Source: Botryllus schlosseri
Taxonomy: Eukaryota
Assembly: GCA_051294905.1 (NCBI GenBank)
Contig: CM119371.1
Coordinates: forward strand, 11,100,001 to 11,164,000
Reading direction: 5' to 3'
DNA length: 64,000 nucleotides
The first letter of the stretch is position 1. Every line of letters starts with the position of its first letter. Positions 1 through 12,639 of this stretch are shown here, in pieces. The position numbers and the translations under genes were made by a program. Below the pieces are notes generated by a model. The model did no database searches and had not been told where the DNA came from. It saw only the letters and a list, made by a program, of their open reading frames with translations.

Positions 1-599
1 TAATCTGAGATCGATGTCAGGTATGAAATGTCTTAATATACTTCAAGAGTGCTGGGATAATAATACCTTATATTCGTGGCCAATCAGTAGAAAAACCGAT
101 TTACGAATTACCAAAAGATGAGCTAGGGAAACAAACTGAATATATGGAGCAGTGTTTATCAACCTTTGTGACGGTCTGCACTTGTGTGAATGAAAAGAAA
201 TCACAGTGTGAATGACGAAGGTGGTGCTAATGGTGCGAATGAAAAATCTGGTTGAGTGCGAATGAAAATTGTGAATGATTGTTAATTTCTCTGCCGTGGA
301 ATAATTCAAATACACCTAATAGTAAGGGCAGTGTACCTGTTGTAGTTGAGACGCAAAAACTTGTTCAACTCACGACGAACCACTAATCGTAGCTCTCACA
401 AGCCGTAGTGAATTAATATTTTGGCACTATAAATATTACGTAACGAAAAGCCTGGTTTGTAAGCTGGTGTAGTGGCAGATATACAGTATATCAGTCCGTC
501 TGAGCCTGCTACTGGCTGAAAAAATGTCGTTAAATTGACTTTCTGCTTTCTTTTGCTAAACAATCATAATATTTTCGTACCATCAATACAGGCTCACAT

Positions 600-2260
600 T
601 TGTAAGCTACTGTACCGCGAATTTGTACAATTCAAGGTTTATTAAAGTATGGACCACAAAGGGTATTATTTTGGGTCGATACGGTGCCAAAGCTATCTGT
701 TAATGTGTATATAACATTTGGTGAATTTATTGCAAAAAATCCGGGGATACTTTTCACATATCGAAGGCCACTGTGTTGGGTACTGTAGCCACTTAGCGAG
801 ACACGCACGAAAGATGGCTTTATCATGAGAATTCATGACAAGATTTGCCCGACCGGTTTTTCTGGAAAACATGGTCGAAGACAGCTGGATGAACGACTGT
901 AGGGTTGTGCAACATCCAAGGTCAGGCCTATGACACTCATTCATTTCGAAGCCAAACCCTTCTGCGTCGGGGCACATGAAGACGTCAAGTTTTGGCCAAA
1001 AACCGCTGATAAAATGCGGAGTCAAAACATAAGCAGCGACAAAACGTTGACCAAAAATGACATATGCTGGATGGCCAAACCTTTCGATATGGATATGCTA
1101 CGTTGTCGGCACGGAATAGTCCTTGAAATCTGAGAAGACAGTAGTACAATTGTCACACGCAGAAGAATTTAATTCAAGCTAATTTGAAATCGCGTGCGTC
1201 TAACATATTTTGTAGAGCTTTATTGGGTAGAATTGTGGTGCGCGCGTTCTGTATGTCATACATTCCCGTAAAATCGTAGCATACTACTGTAATAATAAAA
1301 CGAAGTCCTTTTTGTGGGTGAGGCTCGGGTCGCGAGTTGCCACAAAAACTCAGATTTTGGTGGTACTCTGAAAAGCTGCTTCACCGTTATTTAGCTGTTA
1401 TGAATTCTCAAGTTAGATTAAGCTAAAGAGCAGAACGCACAGTATCGTGAGTTTATTTGCTCTTCTCATATTCTCGCGAGACAGAAAATGAGAAATCGAA
1501 AAAAACAAACCAGTCGGAGCAACGTATCGTAAGGTAGCGAGCTCTAATGTGCCTACTCTCCTTGGTCGTTTTGAAACTTATTTTCCAAGACATAAGGCAA
1601 TAGCCTCAACACAAACATGTGGTTTTTCACCCTTTCGACGTACTGGAGCCTCCGGGACCTTTGTGTCAGCTTTAAAAAAGTATTTCTACCAGCAGGCATT
1701 TTTACCTCGCCAAAATACGCTGTATTTGTTATAGAAAGGCAGAACACATTTTAAAATCTGGCCATCCAAGCACTAGCAGTAATTTTTGTTCAAAACCCAA
1801 CAACTTGGTTGGCTGACAAGGGTTTTAGTGAAATATTTGAAATCAAAACGAGCAAAAAAAGTTTCCTCAAGAATGAGATAGTTGATTGCTTCTGCTACAT
1901 AGTAGTCAAGTTGTTGGACATCTGAACAAAACGATGTTAAGTATCTTTATCTTCATTTTGCATAACAATTTTCGGTTAGTTTGTGCGAATGAAATTTATT
2001 TTACAAAAAAAGTGCGAATGGTGATCACAATTACAACAGTCATGGATGATCTTATTTGACAATTTATTTGACAATTGATATCAAAATTTTGGCCTCCTTA
2101 CTAGATTGGCTCAAGCGAACTCTTTAGCCTGATTACATGGGTACATGATTTAGTAAAACGATCCATGTCAGCATTGTTATGCAGGGAAACAAATAGTTGT
2201 CTGGCAGTGGTGTCAAACATATTTCCAGTTGACGCATTTTGAATGTTTCAACTGAAGTAA
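600..2260 (-). pseudogene. LGR-like GPCR pseudogene A, hinge + 7TM remnant
   Basis: Minus frame at ~2230-2150 reads ICLTPLPDNYLFPCITMLTWIVLL, resembling the glycoprotein-hormone-receptor hinge C-x-P-x-P-D-x-F-x-P-C leading into TM1. AWMARF*NVFCLS (~1770-1735) resembles TM3. Weaker TM6/TM7-like stretches at ~1090-860. Many stops and frameshifts. Confidence 0.55.
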
Positions 2261-2789
2261 GATTAAAGAATATTGATAAATATATATGGGAATAGGAATA
2301 CTTCTGCTTATAATACTACTTGAAATGACAAATAAAGCAGTATAACTATTACGTTTTTCTTATGTTTTAAAATAAATCATTCTATCTTGGACTCTATTTT
2401 AGCTCTTACCGTCCAACCGTTGCTAGGTGGTAAATAAATTACTCGTTTGCGAGACATCGGGTAGTAATAGATTCTTGCAAGGGACCCTGCACGCGTGTTC
2501 AAATCAATTTTCTGATATGACTTTTAAACATATGATCAATATGTGTGATGTCTGCCTCTCCAACCAAAGATTTCTAAAAAAATATTGTCGGTGTACCGTA
2601 CTGTGAGTGAAACACCAAATAAGGAAGGTTGGGGAAGGAGTGTCCCGATATCAAATTCCTGTGGGTTTTGATGTAAATACCTTCAACCATTGAGAGTATT
2701 TATTACTGTTTAGTTCTTTATTCGCGTCAATTTGCCCCCACAAACGACCCCAGATGTCATTATACCCCAGTTTAAGAAACTCAGATCTA

Positions 2790-3170
2790 AAAGCATGAAA
2801 CAAACAAAAAATAACTGGTAACATGAAGAAAGTTTAGCATTGCAACCTTCTATGTCGGGGTCAAATATTCGTATTTATGTGAGATGCCTCCACTACCGTG
2901 AGGGTGTTTACAAAAATCGAACCGGTAACAGCATTTGTAATATGTGTTTTTGTCGGGATCACATCGTCAGAAGATGCATATAAATTTCAAGATAGCTTTT
3001 TTCATGACGTACCACGAGCGTTAGACATTGCGTGAGTTGTACTCGATTGCATCGTTACTCCTCCGTTAGACCCTGTGGTTGTGGCTGAAAAACATTTTGT
3101 TCGTTTTGTTACGATCGGAGATATTTTGGTTTGTACTTCAGAAGCTGCAGAAGTTATCTATCAAGTTGAA
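2790..3170 (-). pseudogene. Ser/Thr-rich segment of pseudogene A ectodomain
   Basis: Reads ITSAASEVQTKISPIVTKRTKCFSATTTGSNGGVTMQSSTTHAMSNARGTS*...DDVIPTKTHITNAVTGS; paralogous DNA at 27516-27790. Confidence 0.45.
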
Positions 3171-4092
3171 ATATATTAATATTAATCCAGATAAATCGAC
3201 CACATAGACAGTTTGCGCCAGCAAAATATCTATCAATCTGCAAAATGGTAAAATGGTGAAGGCAAATTATTAAATTGATGCCACAACGCGAAAGTGCTAC
3301 AGTTTAACCACGCAACAGTAATTTCCATTTTACGCGCACGTGATGAGACCTACCTATGGAAAGCTGCGCTTTTCCCATTCACCACTCACACACGAGTTGA
3401 ATATATTTATCGGAAAGTTTCACAATATCACGTATACAACCTACAAAAAATTAATTAACCTATTTTATTTCTGACGCCTGGGGTGTGCGAACGCATACCG
3501 AGATTACCCTAGAAGCGGTGAACAATTCTGCATCTAAATGAAACTGGTCGGAATCAATAACCTAGAATATATTTAGTGGTTCCAAATTAGAATAGAATTA
3601 TAGCTACTTATTGCAGTATATTTTTTCCGAATCAGATTCGGATAGGAATTATACTGAATTCACAAAAAGTTGGAAATTGAATTGAATTGAAAAAGGACAC
3701 AACAATAATCAAGTTCAATTCACATCAAAAAGTAGGTCGTTCTCATCAGCATATAAATGGTCTAAATGCCATTGTATTCTGTGCATCTCTTCTCCATTCG
3801 GCAGTGATAGCATAAGTCTGACAGCGGCTAAGCAATATTATCTTATTGCAGTCGTTTGAAAAATCAAAATATCGTGGTCAGTTTTTAAGCTTTGCGCTTT
3901 CCCCATGTAATTGTGTAATCAGAAAATATCCCTGTGAACCAATGGTCCCAAAAACTCGGCCTACGGGCTCCATGCCTAGCGCAATATCATTTTTTGCGGC
4001 CCGCGTGGGTATTTTATATTTTGAAGTTTTCGACAATATATTCCCTGTCACAAATCTTCTTTAAATTGGCGAACTTGAAATACGCTCTAGAA

Positions 4093-5189
4093 CAGGGGTG
4101 GCAAACTACGGCCCGCGGGCCGCATGCGGCCCGCAACACCGTTCTGTGCGGCCCGCGAGAGTCTAAAGAAACTTTTAAAAAATATTGATAAAATGCGTAC
4201 TAAAAATCGAATTAATGCAGGGACTTGATTAACTATTTCTTAGCATATTTCACCATGATAATTCTAAGACAGTGGTTCTCAAACTGGTGGGCAGACCCCC
4301 CTTGGGGCGTGAAAGCATCTGAAGGGGCGCGAAGCTGAGCGCAACTGAAAAAAATTTCGCGCTCCGCGCGATTTACATCTAATTCAATGTTATTGCTCTG
4401 TATTTAGTCTGAATTACATATCTAAAAATCTCTCATCCACAGTCGTAACCTTCCATGCCATCAAACTACCCGTTAGGTTTGCTAGCATCCTGGTTGCGTT
4501 TTGTGATATGACGATAAGGGGGCGCGAAATCTTTCACGGTCATAAGGGGGGAGGGGATGCGTGTCTTAAAAAGTTTGAGAATCACTTAATATCACAGCGG
4601 GATAGCTGCAACGAGATTGACATAATTTGGATCACGATTGGGATTTCAGATTGGACACTCTATTTTTAATTATTTCAGTGTTGTGTTTATAAAAAACGAT
4701 TCGGGCGTGTCTTAGGTAGCTTCGTTTGTATGCGTAGGATTGGGTATTTATATTTTATCTACACATAGTAGAAGCCTGTTTGAAGCTAACCTGGTTATGA
4801 TGCTGTCAGCATTGTGAGTCCTGGAACTGAACCAAAAGTGGAATTAGTAAATCTATGAACAGATCGCTGCTCACAGATTTAAATTTCAATCCTATTATAA
4901 GAATCGGGCCAACCGACTTTCATCTCTATAGTTTTGGCAAATTGGTTATTTAGGTTCGCCAGCCTATGAAATCTCGCGACTATATGTTTCTGACGCGTGT
5001 ACGATATCATCAAAGCAATGTTTGACTTGTTTTAAATAAGCACTTGCGTATATTATCTCCATGTCCTCACTATATAATCAAATATCAATATCGCGTTTTC
5101 GTTTATAATCCCAATTCTATATGGTGCGGCCCGCGAATGAATTCAGATGTTGAATGCGGCCCGCGAGCTCAAAAGTTTGCCCACCCCTG
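4093..5189. mobile_element. hAT (Charlie/Buster-like) MITE carrying a nested MITE at ~4270-4587
   Basis: TIRs CAGGGGTGGCAAACT...AGTTTGCCCACCCCTG, GGCCCGC subterminal motifs, perfect 8-bp TSD CTCTAGAA. Confidence 0.9.
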
Positions 5190-5834
5190 CTCTAGAACTA
5201 TTCCAAAAACCTAAAACTATATTCATTAAACTTCACTATCACATTACTTTCAAAAGTTACCATGCAGTGAAAGATCAGCTGTTACCTTACTTGTTTACGG
5301 TGATAGAACATGACCTGTTGGTGATTCGTGACTGAAAATTGTGATTTGATCTTGTACGCGATCGTGTGTAGAATTATTCTAACTCAGACCGAATGGGTGA
5401 TAAAATGAAATTTAGTCGAGTTGAGTCGGGTCACACGTTATAATCAGAGAAGGACTAGGGACTTGGTACAACCACGGATAGATGACGTAATAAAACTGTA
5501 TTGGGAACATATTAATCATTATGTATGAGTTCGAAGGCAATTAAATCTAACACTGATTTAATTTGACATTGGTAATTACATGATTATAATATTTATTCAC
5601 AGTAAAACTGATAATTACACACATAATCCGGGGAGCAACCTGCCCTCAAAGGAATATTTTAAGATTTCAGTAAAAAACGTAAAATTAATATTCCCATTCA
5701 ATATATGAATAGGTCAAATTACAGAATTGCAGCAGATGAATAGCTGGCCAAGGTTGCAGAGCAGAAGTGGAGGTGATGAAAAACGAATAATCGAAATTAG
5801 AGATTATGCTGTGATTTACCGCACAAGTGCAATT

Positions 5835-6045
5835 TTAGTACAGTGGTGCATTCAAGGCCTTCCGAAGAATATGAACAGTGCCCAATAACGTGATCTTTTG
5901 AATCATGTCAAATCGAACATTACCCGGAATCTGTTGGATATGTCCCATGAGCTTTCTGCTTACCACGCCTGTAGCGCCAATGACTATCGGTAGAGTGTTT
6001 ATTTTGTGTTCAGTCGCATGTCTCTCAAAATCTGGTTTCTTGAAT
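5835..6045 (-). mobile_element. 3' fragment of an RLE-type (R4/Dong-like) non-LTR retrotransposon ORF
   Basis: Minus frame FKKPDFERHATEHKINTLPIVIGATGVVSRKLMGHIQQIPGNVRFDMIQKITLLGTVHILRKALNAPLY* has the PIVIGAxG...IQKxxLLGTxHILRK pattern typical of these C-termini. Absent from the ORF track. Confidence 0.75.
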
Positions 6046-6087
6046 AAGGAGGATTAATCCTCCTAGAAATGAGGACGCATGGGAATC

Positions 6088-6330
6088 CTACTTGAGCATG
6101 CCTGATTCATAAGACATTTTGCCAGCCCACCTTGATCCCCACATATGTATGTATTTCCCAAAGTTGGACCATAATTGTTCGCAACATCGTCGCAAAAAGT
6201 TCCGTTCTGTAGACATGATGCAGTATCCGGACAGATTTCTACCACCATCTTGCTCAAATCAAGACAGCATCCTTGACTTGACCTACAATAAAATATAGGC
6301 CATATTTTTGCAGCCAAAGCGAAATAACCT
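6088..6330 (-). pseudogene. Cys-rich coding segment of pseudogene A
   Basis: CRSSQGCCLDLSKMVVEICPDTASCLQNGTFCDD...TYICGDQGGL aligns with 28739-29025 with the Cys pattern conserved; homology stops just before the R4-like fragment. Confidence 0.6.
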
Positions 6331-6795
6331 CGATATAATTATTTACAGGACAAATCAAAGTACTATATGAAAGAATCGAGAAAAAAAGCTGATAAACTGT
6401 TAGTACAACTTCATATATCTCTTGCGAAATATATATTATACTCTAAACCAGTGGTTCCAAACCTTTTTTTAGACACACACACACCCTTATGATAGTGAAA
6501 AATTTCGCGACGCCTTTATTGTCATATTACAAAATCCAACCGGGATGCTAGCAACCCCAACTGATTGTTTGATGGCGTGGAAGGTTATAACATGTCATCG
6601 CCCATCTGGTACATGTACCATGGGCCAGGGTTACCATATTTTCGTGGGCCAAATTCCGGAAGATCTTTAGCGCGTCCTAGCTGGTTTCAAGATGAGGCTT
6701 GAACAGTGAACAAAGATGACGTCACACTGACAATGCTTTGCCTATAGATTATATGCAGGAGTGGATTTTTAAACATAGTGAATTATCTAGACGAC

Positions 6796-8007
6796 CAGTG
6801 GTTCTCAACGTCTTTTGTACCGATCCGCAAGTTATATTGAGATTTTATCCCTTATTTCCTAGATGCAAGATGTTGAAGGCATGTACATTAGTAGAATAAA
6901 TAAAACATCAGGTTTTGAACTGAAGCACAACTCCGTGAGGTAAGATTAGACCCGCAAACTTGTTCGATTTGACTTAAAGTTCAAGCTGTCTCCGGTGACA
7001 TGCGAGCGACTCGCTAAGTACGAGATGACTCAACAGCCGCAGAAGGAAATTTATGCGGCTGTGGACAGTTAATTCAATTAGTGTGTGTTGACTGCCGTCG
7101 ACATTAAAATTGAATTTACGAATTGACTCACGAATTTTGGAGATATTTTGATTAAATTTGATTTTTTTTCGCGCCGTGCGCGATTCAATCCGACTTAATC
7201 TTTCAATTTTAATGTAGTCGTAGCGCCCTTTCCAATCTGAGCCTCACAGTACAGATGCGAACAGTCGAGGAAAATGATGCATTCCATACAGAAATACCAA
7301 CTTGGAATCGTACGCTCTTCATGAAAGAAATTTGTTTCTGGCACGTTTGGGAAATACCAATATCTTTCCACTATACCGACAATCCTGAATGGAGGTGAAG
7401 AAATAACAACACGTAACAAATTGACTACAATAACAATTGGCCCACCCAAAGATTCATTATCATTTATAACTTTCCCTAAATTTTCGAAAACACTCCCTCC
7501 ATCACATCTACCGATGAATATGATCACATTGGCTGAGAAAGGATAAATATTTGTAAGTAATATGAGAAACTAGGAATATTAATGACGAATTTCGCTCGTG
7601 AAAATGAGACGCTTTGCGCGAACATAACCGATCCCAGTAACTATTCAGAACATGAGTACTTATGTAGTCATTTCGATGCGTTTTAGTAAGACGATATCAA
7701 AAGGTAGATTAGTCACCATTAATGGACATGGACACTGAACATTTCAACAGGGGTATTTTGCGTCCAGTTAGTTCATTACGACTGTGTCCTGGAAAGCGGC
7801 CGTAGGCTATATAAGTAATCCTAATGTAGCCGTGAATAGCAAAAAGGTTGACCACCCCTTCTCTAGTACTTACTTACTTACATACTTGTAAAAAACGGCT
7901 GTACACATTACATTTGGGGTTGATTTCAATTTTTAAGTTCAGCCGGTCCGCCACATATCTTTTGAAATTGTGCCGGTCCGCGAGGGGAAAAAGGTTGAGA
8001 ACCACTG
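6796..8007. mobile_element. hAT Charlie-like MITE with a nested element (~7000-7860) of the 40827 family
   Basis: CAGTGGTTCTCAAC...GGTTGAGAACCACTG; ATCTAGAC flanks both sides (3 extra nt on the left). Confidence 0.75.
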
Positions 8008-8489
8008 ATCTAGACTATTCGCCATCTCGAATTTCACCTCTAGTGATTGCTAGGGTCGGTATTCTTATACGGTCTGCAACAGACTTCTTCACGGGACGGA
8101 CAAAATTGTCCGACCTGTCGCCCGCGTGTTTGACATCCCTTCTTTACTGTTAGGTCGGTGCAGATCTGTAGTTGTGTGTTGTGGTCAGGACTGAAAGAAC
8201 ACTTTAAGGCCAACTCCCGTCCCACAAAACACTGCTCTGCGGCCCACAATAGGGTGATCGATGCGACTTCCGATGGTTGGCTTACTATATGCATCTGGTT
8301 TCTATGTGCTGTGGCTGTTAAATTTTGTGCGTGAATTCTGTCAATAGTATTTCTTCTTCCATATATCACTACAATATTTTTTATCCTCTATCAGCCCACG
8401 TGATCAAATTTGCGCTAGCGCTGGTGGAGATGATGACTTATAAAATGCAGGAAACATAATTGTACATCGCCGAGTCATGTTCAAGTCAC

Positions 8490-9388
8490 CAGTGTTGGGA
8501 TCAAGTCACTACCTTCGAGTCACGAGTCATTTCGAGTCATTGCACATTTTGACTCGAGTCAAGTCAAGTCAATCGATTTTCAAAGGTGACTCGAGTCAAG
8601 TCAAGTCAATCGATTTTTAGAGGTGACTCGAGTCAATTCGAGTCAAGTCAAGTCAAGTCACGAGTCAAGTCACAATTCAAGCCAAGTTGCCTTTTTCAAG
8701 TATGGGGCATGATAACGTCATTGCATTTTGCTAGCTGTCTGAAATACAGATTGGGTGGTCATTGATTTTGAACTGATGAACGAATATAGAGTTAAATATA
8801 CACGTAAGAAGGCGCTGTATCGCTCACATATACGTAGAACTGCTTAACCACAGTTTATAGTTACTAGCCAAAATAGAGAATGGATGCGAATTGGAAGCAA
8901 TACATTACCCATTTGCAAATCGATATGATATAATTCGACTCAGCGCCAATGGTTGAGGACAATAAAACTATATTCGAATTCAATTTCAATACAACAAGAA
9001 GTTTGGTTAAGGTAAAAACAGACATTAATTACTTCACTTTACGACAACGTAAGCTGTAAGCTTCGATCACTTCGTTTGCGATCAATTTATTTGTGAGGGA
9101 ACAATGGAGGCTCAGTAAAACGCACGATCATTAAGTGATTGGTCGCTCTCACGGTTACACCAGCGTTTCGCGAACAATCCGAACATATGCAAGATTCAGT
9201 GATTTTCATCGACATCGATTACTTGATGACTTGAAATTGACTCGTGAATTTTGCTCCGAGTCACGAGTCAATCCATATTTCGGATACGCCGAGTCAAGTC
9301 AAGTCAAGTCATTTTAGCAAAGTGACTCGAGTCAAGTCAAGTCATTCGAAAAAGGTGACTACTCATGACTCGAGTCATCCTAACACTG
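8490..9388. mobile_element. hAT MITE with GAGTC/AAGTC subterminal arrays
   Basis: TIR CAGTGTTGGGAT...ATCCTAACACTG, perfect TSD CAAGTCAC; family copies at 51357, 62225 and reversed at 15277. Confidence 0.9.
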
Positions 9389-10209
9389 CAAGTCACACAA
9401 TTGATACTATTCATGAGTCGAAATGCCGGTCCGAACCAGCACGTTATCACCCGGGGGTTTCCAACTTTTTATATAATTAGCACTATATGTAAATAGATCG
9501 CTTTGTTATTTCACTGTCGTTTAAATTTGAGGTCATGTCAGACTTTACGCACATTCAGGCTAGACCGCCGAATATTATATTTTCATTGGGTCTATGTTTT
9601 CATGCTATTGATTTTGTTGAAGTCGCCCGCACTGAGTTTTGCTACAGTGCCTTGGATACGGATCAATTCGAGTATCTCATACCCTAATAATTTGAAGGAA
9701 CTTGTTCATAGATGCAATTTTTTAGTGCAACTTTGTGAAAAATAAATGCAACTTTATACTGCAACTTTTTTGAAAAATAAATGTTCCTTTCCACGGATTT
9801 GACTGCAACAAAAACTTGCCCTACTGATTACTAAACAAATGGTCAGCATCTTAGCTCGGCATGGCCTATGTTTGAAGCTGATTAAGTTCAACATCTTCGC
9901 GATCTCGAGAAAAGAGTATTATCAGAAAGTGGTATCGTTGCTGACTAAAGCATCCAAACGGCCTTACCGACACTAGGAACGTTCGGATCTATCAACATTG
10001 TGATTACTATTGATCTTATTACAGTAAATGTTGGTTATTTTCATTTTTTGTGTAGGTATTGCGATGATAGGGTTACCCATACGAACATCAATACCTGAGA
10101 CACTAAGTCGCGCGAAACGCGCAGTAGAAGAATTTGAGCATATTTCCGCATTTTCTCCCGGACGCAGTTTACTAGGTGAAATCTCAAAAATGTCTATGGC
10201 AACCCTACC

Positions 10210-11985
10210 ACAGCCGAAGCTGATCAAGCTACAAATCGTCCATTTGGATATCGAATGAAGGTCTCGGACCCCGTCTATATAATGACTTCATAGATGTAGC
10301 CTCACAGAAATCGATAGCAACATGACTCGGCAGACGATAAGATCTATTAACGGATGAGATTTTCCGTGATCTAATGTAGATCGAACAGTATGCTATACGA
10401 ACATCTTATATCCGATATCATATATCGTGTGTTTTCACGCAATATCAGACACACATTGAACATTGACTCCAACAACAGTGCACATTTTAGGCATTTGTAC
10501 CCATTCCGATTATGCAATTCGGCGTAATCACTAGATTATTTCATTTAATGAAGTCACTGCGGTCTAGTTTCGTCGTGGCTATTAATACATCCTAATCTAT
10601 GCAGAATCAAATTTAGAAATTATTTCTTGATTTTCAGCATGATCTCACCCGCCTGATGGTGAACGATAGGTTAGAGATGGGATGTTTTGCACTCCAGTGT
10701 GACATCGTACTTTGTTGAATGGAATGTCACAATCCTCAAACACAACCGTATCGGACATGTCTGCACTCCGCCAAAATGTTTTCATCAAAACAAGATATAC
10801 TCCGAGTAGATGATGTCTAGAAAAGAAGTGCCGCAATGTTTTGCGTTACAACGTATCGTCAGTCAGCTGACATTCAATTGATTTTGCATGATACCATCTC
10901 AGTCCTTGGGAATCAATTCCATTCCAAATTATTTTGTTTCAGTGATGATAGGGTTACAATATTTAAGAATCGGGAAAGGAGATCAATTTTACGAAATCAA
11001 ATAACTTTGTTGATAAAAACTCAGCCGATTTCGCTATTTTTGCTGAAAAATTTGGTGGGTTGACTAAAAACAAGTCGACACAGTGGTCGAACCACGAATT
11101 TCCAAATTAGCGTCGTTTATGCCCATTTTCACTCGAATCTATCCATTATCATATCTCTAAAAGCTGTGAAAGAGACGAAATCTCAAAAAGGAGGACATAT
11201 TAGGTGTCCTTGGCGGACATTTTCAAAATCCTGAAAAAAGGAGGACGTATGGTAACCCTAAGTGACGAGGGTTGCAGATCAATAATATTGGATGAAATGT
11301 GCAATTTCCGTCTATATGCATAGGTCATAGTCATTAGCTTCATTAACCAACGCCAAAGGCGTCTATTTTGTAATCAGAGATAACCGTATTTGATGAGGTT
11401 GCAATGCGATAAGGCCGACTTAGCATAACGTGGCTCGGAAAAGATATATCTTGGTGATATATATTAAATCGTACGTCAAAATTGATGTACCATAACACCG
11501 AGCGAAACGCAGGAAATTAATTCCAAGTTTGATAACATTATATACAAATCCACGTAACTGATGCTTCATTTTCAGAGTCTACGATTTTAAGACTCTTCTT
11601 GTTGGTTTGCGGATTGGAATTTACGATAAACCATATGTAACGCAGGAACGCGACTGCGGTCCAAAATTATTATTTTTCATATGGTACAGATTAGCATAAT
11701 GTTCATTAACTTTATTTTCATATGTATACGCATTGCAACACTCTTTCAGCCTTCAATAATATAACAACAATGCAGTGGATGAGTCCATGCTGCATTTGAG
11801 AATTACAAAGAGACCTGCCAGTGAACGATTTTCCGAGTTATTTACTCAATTTTAAAGATAGAAAGAAGGATATATGTCTAAGTTTCTGGAGAAATTGCCA
11901 AAGTATGGATGTATGGAAAACAAATTCCATACTATACTACCAAATTCGAATACAACACGCGACTTGCATATTTCCATATTTCATA
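10210..11985 (-). pseudogene. Decayed ectodomain (LRR-like) region of pseudogene A
   Basis: Collinear with 32300-33870. Shared peptides FWRSADM...TGVxNIxSxxYxSPSxG and LRR-like ENRSLAGL; many stops. Confidence 0.4.
10949..11260. mobile_element. hAT Blackjack-like MITE
   Basis: TAGGGTTACAATA...TATGGTAACCCTA; TSD AGTGATGA/AGTGACGA. Confidence 0.8.
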
Positions 11986-11989
11986 CCCA

Positions 11990-12130
11990 GGAGAAACGAG
12001 TGGCGCAGTTGGTTAAACAGTGCAGTCACGGCACCTATGGACGTGGGTTCGATTCCCTGTTCTGATCAACTTCTACGTGTCGAAGGTTTCTCTGGGCTCC
12101 CCACGAACGACCTCACTACTACAGTAGTGC
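11990..12130 (+). mobile_element. tRNA-derived SINE (3' extent uncertain)
   Basis: Pol III A box TGGCGCAGTTGG (12001) and B box GGTTCGATTCC (12046); no canonical cloverleaf; interrupts the duplicated segment. Confidence 0.7.
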
Positions 12131-12639
12131 AGTGAACAGCCAAGACTGAAAGTGAACCGTGCTGCAAGTCGGCAGCAGAGACCACGATTTGGACGCATCG
12201 GAGCGAGAGAAAATGAAGAATGACTGCGAGATAGATTGAAAGACGTTCCCAAAAATACAATAGCCTAAAAACATTTGTTTGATATTCATGGTGTTTCGAC
12301 TACATTGCACGTTTTAGACCAGACCGATATTCTTTATGTTTGAATTCCATATTTACCGACTTGTGGCACGGCCCACCTATAGACTTTTTATAAGACACCG
12401 CGGATCACTTGGTGAAGAGGAGCGTGAAGATAAACTTTCAGCACTTAGGTAGCGATTCTGAAGTAGACCTCAGTCGGACTCGTACCCAAAACCCATCGTT
12501 GTTGCAGCTGCAGCTCACCACGGATTTTGAGGTATTTTGGAATAGAGGGATTTCGGTGCAGCCCTCGAGCGATCTGAAGTGTCGAATCCGGCCCGCGACG
12601 TCAGTTGCGTTTAACACCCCTGTACTAGACCTCGGTCTT

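Noticed and set aside
7195..7527. Protein family shared with ORF 41186-41485
   Set aside because: The similarity reflects copies of the same non-coding MITE; reading frames are not conserved in other copies.
11993..12065. Functional tRNA gene (hairpin loop contains TCA, Sec/suppressor-like)
   Set aside because: Acceptor stem pairs poorly, there is no U33 and no long variable arm; a SINE head fits better.
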